The notes: generated by a model from the letters alone, not told the origin. Counted from the stretch's first letter, positions 43,382-59,431 are shown. The stretch: 64,000 nucleotides of DNA from Camelus ferus (GCF_009834535.1 NC_045699.1:74586001-74650000); one strand, 5' to 3'. Translations and numbers: made by a program.

Positions 43382-43387
43382 TTTATC
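43382..43387 (-). promoter_or_regulatory. TATA-like GATAAA box of the LCN1-like gene
   Basis: GGATAAAGG on the minus strand about 85 nt upstream of the ATG, the only AT-rich word nearby. Confidence 0.4.
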
Positions 43388-43809
43388 CTCCTCCGCCCAG
43401 GGACCCTGCGGAACTTGGCACAAGCTACCGACCCGGCCCTTCCTGGCCGCGAACCGTGGTAAATTCTGCAGAGGAGCAGGTCGACGTCCGCATTGCTGAC
43501 GCTTGTTCACCACCCGTGGCTGTCTCAGCACCGCCCCCCGAAGGAACCGGTCCACAGGTGTCGTCTGCGGGGGAAGTGGTGCCAGGGAGGGTGTGGCTGG
43601 GTCTGAGAGCGTCCCTGGGTGGCTCCTTAGCCTCGGATTCAGCACCAAAAAAGAGACACCTGCTGTGTGAACATGGCGGTGTATTTGAAAGTCTACACCC
43701 CGACAAGACCCGCAGTAAGGAGGCACTTGGACCCCCGCTGCCCCATGCACGGAGCATGCAGATCAGACACAGGAAGGGAGAAGCAAGATGGCAGAGCCGT
43801 GAAGAGGTG

Positions 43810-43940
43810 TGCATGAACACACACGGACGCACGCGCACACACCCTTACATACACACGTGCTTACGTGTACACGTGCACACGCACACATGCACACACCCAC
43901 GTGTGCACGTGCACATGTATGTACTGCACACACACACACA
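43810..43940. repeat. degenerate (CA)n/CACGTG simple repeat
   Basis: CACACACGGACGCACGCGCACAC...GTGCACATG arrays. Confidence 0.75.
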
Positions 43941-44041
43941 GAGTCAGGACCAAGGAGAAGCACGAACTGGTGCATGGAGCTGAAGCCCTGGCCCAGGAAG
44001 GTGAGAGGACAGCTGGGCCACCTCCAGGGTCACCTCCGATA

Positions 44042-44503
44042 TGTTATCTGTGTCTGTGACCCCCTCTGCCTCACAGTGAGGTGAGAAGCCCCATGAAAAG
44101 ACCGGCAGGACCCCCAGGCAGGGCCACTGCTCTCCTGCCAGCACCATCCGGTTCCCTGGCCCAGCGGCTTTATCTCACTTTTTACCTCTGAAACTGCTTA
44201 CTTACCCCTAAAATTCTATTGGTTCCCTGAGCTCACTTCTGATTGGTCCATTTCTACAAAGCTTGTTCCTAATTAGTCAACTTTCGTTACACCTCATTTG
44301 CATATGATGTTGCAAAGTGTAAAACTGGCAGCCTATAAAGGCCTGTGCAAACCCACAGACGGGGTCCAGAGCTTGGAGTGTTAACTCTTCTGGGCCCGCT
44401 GGCGTAATAAACCTGAGTTCTCCAGCTCTCCGAGTGCTGCTGGGTCTCTCGCCCGGATCCAGGTTGCTGTCACAACTGAGCTGTAACCCTTTGAGCTGTA
44501 ACA
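44042..44503 (+). mobile_element. solo endogenous-retrovirus LTR
   Basis: Ordered U3-R-U5 layout: two ATTGG (inverted CCAAT), octamer ATTTGCAT 44296-44303, TATAAA 44334-44339, AATAAA 44406-44411, terminal TGTAACA 44497-44503. The 5' boundary is uncertain and no target-site duplication was found. Confidence 0.75.
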
Positions 44504-44739
44504 CACTTTTCTACAGCAACAGCGGAGCAGAGCAGGGGCCACGGCCGGGGGCAGAGGCTACGACCAAACAGCTCAACAGAGAATGATGACAACACGGCCG
44601 CGGAGAAAGTGCACCAGTTCCACATCTTCATTAAAATGAGCCGAATTATCTGCAAAAGTAGCCTGTGAAGAAAAGCAGGTTTAAGACAAACACTCAGTTC
44701 AGGAATGTACTCCAAGAAACAAAAAGTGTGACTTGCATT

Positions 44740-45920
44740 TTACAAGCGCAGCAGTGTGATGAAGATGCCTCAAGATGAAAAGGAACAAGAAATTACGCCA
44801 TTAGAACTGGGCAGAATATGGACAACACGGAGCTGGGAGTGCAAACCAAAAATACTGAAGGTGAGTGAGCACTGTGGTGAGTAAAAATCCGATGGATAAA
44901 TGCAGAACCTGACACGGTAAAGAGGGTTCGTGACCGGAAGACGGTTCTGATGAAATCAATGGAAACAGAAAAAGGCAAAAGAGAAGGTGAGATATTGGAG
45001 CAGACTGAGCAACCCCAGCCTCCAGTGGGCAGCAAATGGCGCTGAGGACAGTACCCAGAGGGCAGCAGCTCTGGAAAACAAGAAGAAACCCATCCTCTCG
45101 TGCCCACGCAGACACGTGCACACGTGTGCACCTCCACACACGCACGATGCCAGCAACTCTGATCCTCTACTGCCTTGAAAGCACTGAGAGCTTGTTTAAA
45201 GTGAGGAGGGGAGCAAAGACGTTTTAGTGGATATTTAAACGCACACAAAACAAAATGATGTATGCTTGCATGAGTTCATAGAAACAAAAGAAATGCACCT
45301 TAAGCCAGTGAGAACTGTGTTTTCCGTGAGAATGGAGATGGGGTGGGTGAATAGCTAATGCATTGTAAAGACAAAGATGCCAACCGGATAAAAGGTAACT
45401 TAAGGCAAAACGCCTCAGTAAGGATGAAAAGGGAACCAACAGCACAGTGCCGTGAAGTCGAGGGCGCACGGCGTCCAAATACAGGCCAGCCCAGGCAGAC
45501 GGGAGACGAGGGCTGCTGACACAGCGCAGTCAGGGGTCAGGACGGGAGACATCAGGCCTTCTGCCTGAGAAGCAGGGCTCTGCAGGCCCGACGTTCACGC
45601 CAGCGTGGAACCTTCTGCACCAAACGACAGAGCGTGTCTACAAAGCCCCTGTGCCCGCCACAGCTAAGGAACGACATTCTTCTAGATACACACGCGGTCA
45701 TCATAAAAGCCGCCCACATCCCGGTAGCACGGGGAACTCCTGAGCCGAGACGACGGGGCCTGCCCTGTCTGACCTCAAAGCAGTGAAATGAAATCCTCAA
45801 CGCACAGAGTGGTCCGTAAAGGCAAATCCAAACTTTAAAAATGCCCCTAAACAATTTGTGGGTTAAAGAGGAAATCACAATTTTTTAAAAATGCAGAATA
45901 TTTAAAACCAAAAAACTATA
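44740..45920 (+). mobile_element. old LINE-1 ORF2 (endonuclease-region) fragments
   Basis: A-rich degenerate text such as ACATTCTTCTAGATACACACG...CAATTTGTGGGTTAAAGAGGAAATCACA matches the L1 ORF2 5' part. Confidence 0.6.
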
Positions 45921-45953
45921 AACATGGCAGATATTAAAAGAAAAGACACACAC

Positions 45954-46275
45954 TGTGGTTGGAACGTCTGTGTGCTCCCCAAACCCTAGTCCCCAGCGTG
46001 ATGGTGTTAGGGGGTGGGGCGTTCAGAAGGCGATTAGGTCGTGAGGGTGGAGCCCCCACGAGTGGGATTAGGGCTCTTATAAGAAGGCCCCAAAGAGCCC
46101 CCTCACCCCTTCCCAGAAGACCACCATCAGTGAGCGAGCAGGTCCTCACCCAACAGCGGGCCTGACAGCACCAGGATGGCGGCGCCATCCCCCAGAACTG
46201 TGAGCAACGAGAGTCTGCTGTCTAACCCGCCCACCCTGTGCCCTCCTGTCCTGGCAGCCCCCGTGGATGGGGACA
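45954..46275 (+). mobile_element. MLT1A/B-type MaLR solo LTR
   Basis: TGTGGTTGGAACGTCTGTGTGCTCCCCAAA...ATTAGGTCGTGAGGGTGGAGCCCCCACGAGTGGGATTAGGGCTCTTATAAGA...CCCCCAGAACTGTGAGCAA. Confidence 0.75.
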
Positions 46276-46329
46276 GCACCATCACAGAAACACACAGAGG
46301 AAAACAGCTATGGCCTCAGATGCTTTTAT

Positions 46330-47150
46330 CAAACAACAAGAAAAATGAAAGTAAGTGGGTTATGCATTCAAATCTAGAAACAATAAAAATAACCCAAAGA
46401 CATTAGAAGATAAAAAATAGTGAAGACCGGAACCAGTGAGCTAGACTATAAAGAAAAATAGAGAGAACCCACAAAAGTGAAACCTGCTTTGGGGGAAAAA
46501 GGCATTAAAATAGGTAAACTCCTACCAAGACTGCAAAAACATTTAGAAAAGCAACAATCAAACAGCATGAGGGGTGATGAGGTGATGTAAATGACAGCTA
46601 GAGAGTGAAGAAAACCTCAGGCCACAGTGAAGGGGGCCGCGGAGGGCGCGCCCGGCGGGTCCCAGCACTCTGCGAGGAGCAGCACGGCCAAGAGGAGGCA
46701 AGCTGCGGGCTGCTGGGCGTCCAGCTGAGAAAAGAAAAACTCATTCAGAGAGCGACACGCGCCCAGTGCTCACGGCAGCACTAGTTACAACTGCTGGGAT
46801 GGGGAAGCCGCCCAAGTCATCAACAGGTAAAGGTGTGTGTATGTGCCTTGGAGTACTACTCAGCCATGAAAAATGAAGTATTGCCGTTCACAGCAACATG
46901 GATGGACTCACAGGGAACTATGCTCAGTGAAGTAAGTCACAGAAAGACAAATGCGGTAGGTATCTCTTAAATGTGGAATCTAAAACTACAGCACACTAGT
47001 GAATATAACAAACAAACACAAACAGACTCACAGATACAGGGAACAAAGCCTGGTCGCTGGCGGGGAGAGGAGGGGAGAGTGGGGAAGGGGGTTAAGAGAT
47101 ACAAACTATGATGTATAAAATAAATAAGCTATAGGATTAAAAAGAAGAAA
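46330..47150 (+). mobile_element. LINE-1 fragments ending in a 3' UTR
   Basis: GAGTACTACTCAGCCATGAAAAATGAAG...CAGCAACATGGATGGACT...ATGTGGAATCTAAAA...AAACAGACTCACAGATACAG. Confidence 0.75.
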
Positions 47151-47407
47151 AAGAAGGCGTGTTGTCACAGGACCGAGCAATAGATCCACAGATCAGCAGC
47201 AGGCCCGGGCGCCCTGGGCAAACCCAGCTGTAGCACAGGGGACGACAGTGTGTGTGGGGACAACATTAGACAAACAGAACTTGTTATCCACGTGGAAAAG
47301 ACACACAAACGCAGTTCCTACCTCACACCACACCCAGGTAACTCCTGGCAGATTAAAAGGCTTAGCTGGGAAACACAAACCTGTAAAACATCTGTCAAAG
47401 AAAGTGA

Positions 47408-47500
47408 GGGCAGGGGCAGGGTGTGGCTCAGCGGCAGGGCGCGTGCTTAGCACGCACGAGGTCCTGGGTTCTACCCCCAGCACCTCCACTAAACAAAATT
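47408..47500 (+). mobile_element. Vic-1-like SINE inserted in L1 debris
   Basis: GGGGCAGGGTGTGGCTCAGCGGCAGGGCGCGTGCTTAGCACGCACGAGGTCCTGGGTTCTACCCCCAGCACCTCCACTAAA. Confidence 0.8.
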
Positions 47501-48559
47501 AACTGTTTTTTAAAAGAAGAAAGTGAGGGCAATGCCTGTGTGACATAGAAGGAAGTCCTCCGGGTACATAGAGTCCAGACAGAGGAGGGCCAGTGACCGA
47601 AGGCAACGCTGGCCGCTTGGTTACTGCAAAGTGTCTGTACGCAGGTCCGCCAAGGACTCCCACAAACCAACGAGAGAAGGACAACCGACTGGACAGAAAC
47701 GTGGCCAAGGGTATAGAAGGGGAGGGTGGTCAGGGGGTGAAGAGATTGAAACGGAAGGGGCCGATCTCAGCCTGAGCCCGACGGCATTTGCCATGGACAA
47801 CAGGGATTCCAGGCGTGGTGCCCGGAGTCCTGATCCAGCGGCCCCGTGACCAGGCACCACGTGGCAGTGCCCCGGCGCACCCTGGGCCCGTAGTTCTGTG
47901 CTCGGAGGGCCCCCGGGAGGCTCCTGCACGTCCGGGGTCAGAGGTCCACGCCCCGAGGTAGACCGCCCTCATCCCAGTCCAGTCCAGACCCAGCCCCCTC
48001 TGTCTGGGATTGCTGGATAGTGTGACGTGTGTCCTCACACCGTGTGGTTTTATGCTGTTTTGATGGTGATCACACCAAGTGGAACTGATCAGAATTCCCA
48101 TTTACAGCCCAAACCTACAGCAGAGCCACACTCAGCACACCTGTGTCGGAAGCCACGTGTCTCACGTGTTCCGACTGATAGAAGAGATGTTCACACACTG
48201 GGGTCTGGGGACGCCGCTCCGGCTTACACGTGGGTTAATGTGAGCGTGACGCTGACCACAGCAGCCTGCGTGCGGCCCATCCAGCAAGCACTGTGCATCT
48301 GCTTTCGTTATTAAAGGAAAGGGTCAGGGGTGAAGGGCGTCCAGGCTGAAACTAAAGACCAAGTGCCCCTCCTCCTGGGACGCCAGTGCCGGCCCTCCTT
48401 CCATGCTGACTCCTGCCCGGGGGCCAGGGCCACACCGACTCGCTGGACGTGGACTTGCCGATCTGAGCGGGGTTCTTTTGAAACCTTGGAGAAACGTGTC
48501 CCTAACCGGTCAGCACTCCTTGTTCTTGACAGGACATAAAACTGGGCTGGAACCTGCAT

Positions 48560-49280
48560 CTCCGGGACCGTTTCCCAGAGCCGCCTGGGACGCGGGCTTC
48601 CGCGCTGGGCCTGCGCTTGCCTCGGGTGAAACTCTTTCCCTCTCTTATGATTGGTTGTTTCTTGATTCTGTTCGTCGCCACGACCATCGGCAGGAAGAGC
48701 GAATGTCCGTCCCCCAGGCTCTGAGCCGCCTCCCTGTGCTCTTTACGGGGCCTGGTGGAGAGGCGTTTCACAGGGAGCGGCGTCGGGACGGCGGGGACGC
48801 CAGGAACCGGAGCCCGGGGGGGGGCCGGCAGGGCCGGGTCACGTGTGGCGGGTGCTCTCGGACGGGGTGTGCGCGGCCCTTGCCGGCCGTGGGGTGTGGA
48901 GGCCTGCTGGCTTTCCCACCCCCCTGATCGCGCGTTCTCAGATCTAACCTGCGTCCAGAAGGTTTACTGCTTTTGCTCCCTGTCCAGGCCGTGCGTCCAT
49001 TTGCCCCGTCGAGCCTCCCAGGGCTCCAGGGTTGGCCCCCGCCCCACCCCCCACGGCAGGCAGGGGGTGCTCTGCACAGCTGGTGCGTGTCCTGGTGGCT
49101 CGGGTCTCCCCCCTCCCCCGACCTGGGCTCACGAGGCCCTGGGGCGTCGGCCAGCTGAGCCGAGTCCAGATGTGGACTCGAGCCGGGAGCCCGCCCGGAG
49201 GGGAGCCCAGGGCCCCGCGGGCAAGGCGCGGCTTCCAGGAAAGGTCAAGCTGTGTTTGCGTTCCGGCTCGTTCTCCACCT
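48560..49280. promoter_or_regulatory. orphan CpG-rich segment with promoter-type motifs
   Basis: Dense CpG, ATTGG at 48650-48654 and GTCACGTG E-box at 48838-48845. No gene start was identified nearby. Confidence 0.35.
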
Positions 49281-49910
49281 TGAGCCCCTGCGAGGCTCCC
49301 CGGCTTACCTGGACACTGGATGGCTTTGTGCGCCGGCGTGCTCTGTGTCATGGAGAATGTCACACAAACAAGGCCGTGCCCAGAGGCCACCTAGACCCAT
49401 GTCCGCCCGTCTCTGCTGCCAGGTGGATGCCAGCGGACGTGGCCTCCCGGGGCAGCTCTGCCAACCTTGCCCCGCTGCTCCCTCGGTGTGGGGAGTCCCC
49501 CTTCCCAGAGCAGATCCCAGGGAACGGGATTCCTGTAGGCAGGCTCTCCCAGGGGCTGGCACCTGGGACCTCAGCAGGCCCCCTGATGTGGTCAGTACAG
49601 GGGCCCCGGCTGGACAGCCTTGGCTGGCCAGGGAGGAGGGGCCTTCCTGGGAGCACCCTAAGCTCCTGGCCAGACGTCTTCCTGTCTACTGGACACCTCG
49701 CTCTGCAGCTGGGAAAGGCCCGGGCAGGGGACTGGTGGGCCAGCCCCATCACTGCCCCCAAACTGTCTCTGCACTTTGCCTGAGGACCCCAGGAGGCACT
49801 CAGAGAAGTAGGAGGGAGGGAAGGAGGAGCCACAGGTGGGAACCCCCCAGAAAGGGGCAGCATGAAACCACTAGGTGCGCCTCCCAGGAACTCTGGCCTG
49901 GCCTGGCGGA

Positions 49911-50016
49911 CCCAGGCAGGGCCGGGCAGGTCCAGGCAGGGCCGGGTGGACCCAGGCAGGGCCGGGCAGAACCAGGCAGGGCCGGGCAGGTCCAGGCAGG
50001 GCCGGGCAGACCCAGG
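49911..50016 (+). repeat. 20-bp GC-rich minisatellite, 5 copies plus a partial
   Basis: Units (C/T/A)CCAGGCAGGGCCGGG(CAGG/TGGA/CAGA) start at 49911, 49931, 49951, 49971 and 49991. Confidence 0.95.
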
Positions 50017-53000
50017 GTAGCCAGGCCTCCGGCCTCCGAACGGCGGTTTCTCCCGCTCCCCCAAGCAGTGGGCGCTGGCGTCCAGGTGGGGCCCTGAGAA
50101 CAGGGGCTGCGCGAGGGATGCCCCACCCTCTGTCCTCCTTTCTGAGCATCTGCCTCCCCCAGGTGAGCGCCAGGAAGGTCCCTTCTGGGCTCCAGGTGGA
50201 CGTGAACGTTTTGTGATGCAGAAAGTTCTTTTTGGTGAAAGGCTCAGAAATGCAGATCAAGGCATATGAGTAAGACCCTTATCCCCGCCTTGCACAGAAT
50301 CGTGAAAGTGTGAAGCTGACCTAATGCCTGAGGTGAGGAGTGGACAAACGGGCAACGAGAGAGCTAAAGCGTCGAGGTCTTACAGCCTTCTTGGGAGATC
50401 TTCTGCCACGATGTATCAGCTTTGGGGAAAAAACAAGTGTTCTCAATATTGAAGACACGTGTAAGGAGAGACGCCACCGTTTACCTGTCCAGAACTCTGC
50501 CCTCCGTGGCCAGCAGACGCACACGCAGAGGCACACGGGGGAGGGAGCCAAGTCCCCATCCGCACCGCCCGCCACCCAGGGCACACCCGCCTCTGACCAC
50601 TGCTGGCGCCTTCCGGAGCGTCCCAGCCCTCCAGTTCCACCGCTGACACGAGAGTGACGGCCTCTGCACGAAAACACACCGCCTCTCACTTACGAGCAGG
50701 GAACATCATCCACGTTTCGGGCACGAGCAGGAGGAATTTCATAAGTTTCCAAAATTGGAGTTTCTAGACCAAATGGCGGGCGCGTTAGTGTTAGAGGTGC
50801 TCCAGGGAAGCCCTGCCCACCCCTCCGGCTGCTACCGGCCAGGGCCCAGCATCCACCAGGGCCGATGGTGCCCTTGGCCTTGGCCCTGAAAGGGGCTGTC
50901 CCCAAGTCCCCCTCACAGTGAGGGAGGCGGCGTTGGGAGGTGGGCAAGGGGCCGGCTCACACCCAGCAGCCTCGAGAAGCCACCCTCTCTGCGGCCCCGG
51001 ACCCCCCCTCTCCCTGACTGCCCACAGTGTGCCCACGTGGGCACTTTGAGGACGTGAGCACGCAGGGCGGGCAGGAGGGCTCCTCTGTCCCAGTCACCCT
51101 GGGACTGGCCCAGAGATGCTCTCCCATTTCTTTCCTTTTTCAAGTTTCATGAGCCCACATACCAAGTACCGTCAGGAAGGCTGCCCCCTGGTGGGGGGGC
51201 TGACAGAAGAGGATTTTTAACTCCTACTTCTGAGTTTCCAGCATTTTCTGATTTTCATATAATCAGAATCCAAAAAAAAATTTCACATTAAATAGAAGGC
51301 AATTTGTTTTCATCATAATTTTATATTTCTAAGGAAAAATAGCCATCGCCTGCAACCCCGGCCACCCCCGGACGCCCCAGGAGTCTGACGGGCTGCAGTC
51401 AGGCACACGGTCAGCCTGCGGGCGACTGAGCCGCTGGGGCAGCTCGTTGTCTCCTTGTAGGCGTTGAATGCCTTTTTCCCGGGCTCTCCTGGGCAGCTTG
51501 GCGACAAGTGAGGAGGGCTGGCGGTGTGCTCGGGCTGCTGTGCACGGCGGGACAGCGTCATGATGCTGGTGGTGAACTCGGTACCCTTTCCCCCTCCGTG
51601 CACCCCTCTCCCCAACACAGACAAGTGTCCTCCAGGGTGCTGACCACCCTCCCGGCTCCAGGATGGGTCCGATCGACCTAATGGTGACCCATCCCTCTGG
51701 TCGGTGACTGTTCGAACCCTCAAGTAGAGCTGGGGAGAGTTCCCCAGGCCGTCACAGGCAGCACCACTGCTGACTTCCAGCCACGAGGAAGGGGCACCCA
51801 GACAAAGCAACAGGATGTGTCTCCAAAACCGCAGCCACTGACCTTTCAGACTCCAGCGGTGAGCCGTGCCCATCTGCAAGCGCTGACGTCCTCGCCAACA
51901 ATGGTGCAGGTCACGGCCCCCACGGGACACAGCACCCGCATCCGTGTGCGCGCGGCTTCGGCTGGCTCGGCCGGTAGCTGGCTTGGAGCCCCAGCGTGGA
52001 CCGCCCGACAGCGGGCCAGGCGGGCCGCTAAGTTCCAGGGGTCAGTTCGACAACCACCACCTTTCATAAGCTAGAGAAATCACGAGCTCTGTCTTGCTCA
52101 CAGTTTGCAGGGCCCCGTCTGCCTTCTTTGTTTCGGGGAAGGGGAGCTGTTGCAGGTCACGGAGGGAACGCTCCCAGAGCCAGAGGGGCGAGGCCAGGAC
52201 TCCCTCCTCGCCGCGGGCTCTGCCCCAGCCCCAGCGGCGGGAACTCCTTGCAGCCCTGTGGGCGCCATTGTGGGAGCACTTCCAGGCCCCCCTTTGCCTG
52301 GGTTGAGGGGCAGAGCTGCCTCCAGATCAGCCTGACGCCTCCCTTTTCACAACTTCACAGACATGCGCGTCTCACCCTGTGATGTTCGTCCACCCCAGTG
52401 TGCAACTCAGCGATGCTTAGGGTGTTGGTAGCTCTGTGCGGGCTTCAGGAAAACCGAGTTTTTGAACATTCCCATCATCCCCAGAAAGGCAACATCCTGG
52501 TTGCCAACAAGGAGGGTCTTGTCCATGGTCCCCAGTGAGTGGTCCAGGGCTCTGTCATGTTCTGCACCCCCAGGTCCCTAGTCCCCCAAGTCCCCAGACT
52601 GCCCCTGCTCAGAGGACCTCAGAGGGTAGAAAGCATTTTCCAAGGACCTGGAGGACAGTGGGTCACAGATGGAGAACGAAGTCCAACAGACTCTTCTGCA
52701 AGCTTGTGGGACCTTAGGGGTCCCCCGTCTCGGCACCCCGCTTTACAGAGAGGGAGCTGAGGCCTCATCTCCCGTAGCCCCTCCACAATAGGTGGTCTCA
52801 TCCCTGTTCCAGGACCCCCAGACCCTGTCTTCTCCAGGGAGCTCTAGGGGTGACCCCAGCCCAGGCAGTGCCCAGGGGACCCCCCCCCATCAGCCTGCAA
52901 TCTCTCCCTTCCCCATTCTGTGGGCCTGGGCATGCTGCTACGATGCTGGATACCCCTGCCCCTGGCAGAGCTGCCCCCAACCTCCTTCTCACCCCTCTCA

Positions 53001-53829
53001 CTTCCCCCCTCAGGGCAGTCAGTCAGTGTGTGTGCGCGTGTGTGTGCGTGCGAGCGCGCGAGGCTACCCAGGGGAATGGGCCCCACATGCGAGGGGTGAG
53101 CAGGGGTCCCCCAAGATCTGAGGGGCTCTCATTCCCAGTGTAAACCCCAGGGGAGGGTTGAGTCTGGCCTGATACCAAATCTAGTACGTGGGCATTAAAA
53201 CAGGGAATAAAACCCAGCCCTGGTGCCACAGTGAGACACGGCCACAGGGCGCAGACCCAGCCAAGATCGTGGTGCGATGTCTCTGTCAAACCCGCAGAAG
53301 AATTCAGGTGCCAGGGAGGTTCTCAAGGAGCACACAAGGGCCTCCAGGATGCTCTAGGCTGAGAGCCCAAATCCCAGCCATCACACCTGGAGAGAGAGGC
53401 ATGTTTCCTAAGGACCCTGGGGCTGGCTCGTGGCACCTGGAGGACATTGGCATCAAACACAGAAAACCCTCCATGTGTCAGAAGAGCCCGGAGCTGAGAC
53501 GTGGGCACGTGATGCCTCAGGGCAACTTCTCCAGGCAGGAAACAGACCGAGGGCGTCGCACACTGAAGTGTGTCCTGATGCCTCCTTCAGACGTGGCCGA
53601 AGGGAGTGAACACATGAGAGAGAAGTGTCTCAGAGGACAGAGCCCTGAGGACAACGCATCGGAGCCACCAAGCCAGGGCTTCAGGGACACCCACCCCCAG
53701 AGACCCAGCCTGCCAGCAGACGCGGAGCCCGCCACCCTTCCCCCACAGGATCGCCCAGCCCTTCGCCTGCTCTTGGTCCCCAGTGCTGAGCCCTGGGCCA
53801 GGGTCACTCCTACTCTGGCTGGAAGGTGT

Positions 53830-54333
53830 GTGACGTAGGGGACCCCTGCAGGACACAGACCACGAGACCCTGGATTCAAGCGTCGCGTCCTGGCTGGATG
53901 AGACTTGGGGAACATGAGACAGAAGGTGGGGGAAGACCCTCGAGGCGCAGAAGGGAGGTGAGCTGGTGTGGCCGAGAGCAAGGACTGAGCAGCAACTCGG
54001 AGGACGCGGCAGAGTGACTCTGTGCCTGTGTCGAGCTTTTGAAGGATTCCGGCTCCTTCCTGACCTGTGTGCCTTTGCCACTGCTGTGAGACCAGCACGC
54101 CACGGTCAGCCCACCACTTAAAGCACAAGGGGCTTGCGGAGCTAAGCCAGCTCAGACCAGCCCACCTCCTGCCAACACAAACCTGTGAAAAGAGATCCAG
54201 CTGAGAACCATGGAGCACAGGTGAGCCCGGCTGGAGCCAGCCGGTCCAAGCTGACACCCCGGCGGGAAAGCTAAACTGGTTTATGGCACCAAGACTTTGT
54301 GCTTGTTTGTTACACGGCAGTAGCTGACTGATC
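53830..54333 (+). mobile_element. MLT1 (MaLR) LTR, 3' part
   Basis: Ends with TTTGTGCTTGTTTGTTACACGGCAGTAGCTGACTGAT, the characteristic MLT1 terminus. The 5' boundary is uncertain. Confidence 0.55.
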
Positions 54334-54344
54334 CTATTGTTTTC

Positions 54345-54860
54345 TCTTCAGGTGATCTCATCCATGCCTGCCACCTTCGTCACCAAATACACATGGGTGA
54401 CGCCAAAGTATCTGCCTCTCACCCAGGCCTGGACTCCACCTCCCCCCAGAACACCTGCATTTGGGTGTCCCAGGGCTGCTCAAGCTCCGGCCCACCCCGG
54501 TCTTCTCCAGACCACCGCGTTGCCTTTCCAAGTGGCCCAGAATCCGTGTCCCCATCTACATCTCCACCGCTCTGGGGTTTTTCAAAGACCGTTTATCTTC
54601 CAGGGAGGCCCTGTTCCCCGAGCCCCACCATCACTTTCTTAACTCCCACCACCCTTCATTTCTCAGCTCGAATGTCTCTTCCTCCAAGAAGCTCTCTCTG
54701 ACTCCTCATCCCTGTCCCGGAACAGGTGGGACCTGCCATTGTTTTGCAGTTGGTACCTGTAAGCGTGTCTCCCTGGGCCTGTAACTGTGTGCTCGGGTGA
54801 CTGCGCTGGTGTCTGCATCCCCCAGTGACGGAGCTGCGTGTGCCTGTTTCGCTCACTGCC
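54345..54860 (+). mobile_element. LINE-2 remnant
   Basis: GGTGATCTCATCCATGCC...GGTGACGCCAAAGTATCTGCCTCTCACCCAG...GGGAGGCCCTGTTCCCC resembles the L2 3' region. Confidence 0.5.
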
Positions 54861-55318
54861 CCCCACGGCCAGCACCACACCCACCACGTGAATGCGCGGC
54901 GCTAGGCGAATGGCTTCCTGAGCAAGGACAGGATGTCAAGGAAGACACGGAAGGTGGCAGAGACGCTGCAGAGAAAGCACGAGGCAGGCCGCACTGGACC
55001 GGCCGTGGTCTGTTTCGCAGCAGGTAAGGGACTGGCAGCGTGTTTCTGCCAGGGGATCCAGAGGACACAGGCAGAAGGGAGGCTCCTGGCTTGGCATCCC
55101 CTGGCCAGTCAGCACGTGCCCTCCCACCCCTATCCCTTCGTGATGATAAAGGGCCCTGCTGGGCTCAAGTCGTGGCACCATCAACGGCTTGGGGTCACCA
55201 AACTCCTCTCAGCAAGCAGTTGGATATGCAGACCTGCAATTTGGAACAATGCTCCCAGGGTCCAGGGGGACCACAAGTCGAGCTTTAAAGGGGAGAGCTG
55301 GTGGACAGCAGCTTGCTC

Positions 55319-58434
<3,116 letters not shown>

Positions 58435-59431
58435 CGTCGCCCCCTCCCTCAGCCACCCGCCTGGATGTCCAGGGGCAGCCAGGCAACCTGCGGCCTCACA
58501 CCAGCCTAGTGGGCCAACCCGGGGCGGGGAAGGGGGAGGGCCCTCGGAGCCGCACAGCAGCCAGTGGGCGCTGCCGGCCTGGGACGGCCGAAGGTGGAGG
58601 CTATGATGTTCCCGGGTCACCCCCCTGGGCCTCGGGTCACCGCGTGTCCCCTGAGCTAATGCACCAGGCTGGGAGGCTCCTGGGCACCTCCACCCCGGGG
58701 GCTCCCTTCACGGGAAGATGCGCTCACAGAAAGCACGGCCTCTGTGAAGTCGGGGCTCAGCCGCTGCTGGAGCTGACACCAGGGCTGCCTTCCCGATGCC
58801 CTTGGCAGGTACTGATGTGCCTGTGTGCACGTGTGCGTGCGTGTGAGGCACCCAGTGCGCACCCCGCCTCACCACAAGCGACGGCAGCCCCCAGCTCCCA
58901 GCCTGCCTCCCCCGAAGGCCCGTGCTCCTGCCAGGACTTGAGGCACAGCCCCTCCAGAACACAGGAGGACAGACAGGCTCAGGCCCTGCCCCTGCCCCAG
59001 AGCCCCAGGCCAGGAAAAGCCAAGCCTCTACGCCCCGGGCACCCCAGCAAGCACCCCCTGGGCACCGATGCAAGTTTCCTCAGCCCAGCGCCCTGCCCAC
59101 ACCTCAGCAGGACCACGGGCAGACCAGCCCCCCGTCTGCCCGGGGCCCATGGTCACCCCTGCAGAAGGAGCAGCCGCCTCCAGCCCAGCCCCCACCTCCA
59201 GACCAGGGCCTGGGTCCAGGCCCTCCCAGCCCCGAGGGACTCGGCGGGGACGGCTGCAGGCCAGCGCTCTGGTCCCAGAGCCGCTCTGTGCCCTGCAGTT
59301 TGGCCCTGGAGAGCCCACCCCACCCTCCTCCTCTCCCTGCAGCGACCAGGGCCCCAAGAAGGCCACTCCACGACAGCTCTTCTGACGGCTGGGACACAGA
59401 CCAGAGGCATCAGCGTGGATTGTGGAACCAC

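Noticed and set aside
152-47500. tRNA-like A/B-box sequences
   Set aside because: All have SINE bodies and A-rich tails and no complete cloverleaf, so they are not tRNA genes.
50200-50460. Short words resembling SNORA17 (GTGAACGTTT; GTGGCAGA..GAT on the minus strand)
   Set aside because: They fall on opposite strands, need many gaps, and show no two-hairpin H/ACA layout. An Rfam scan would settle it.
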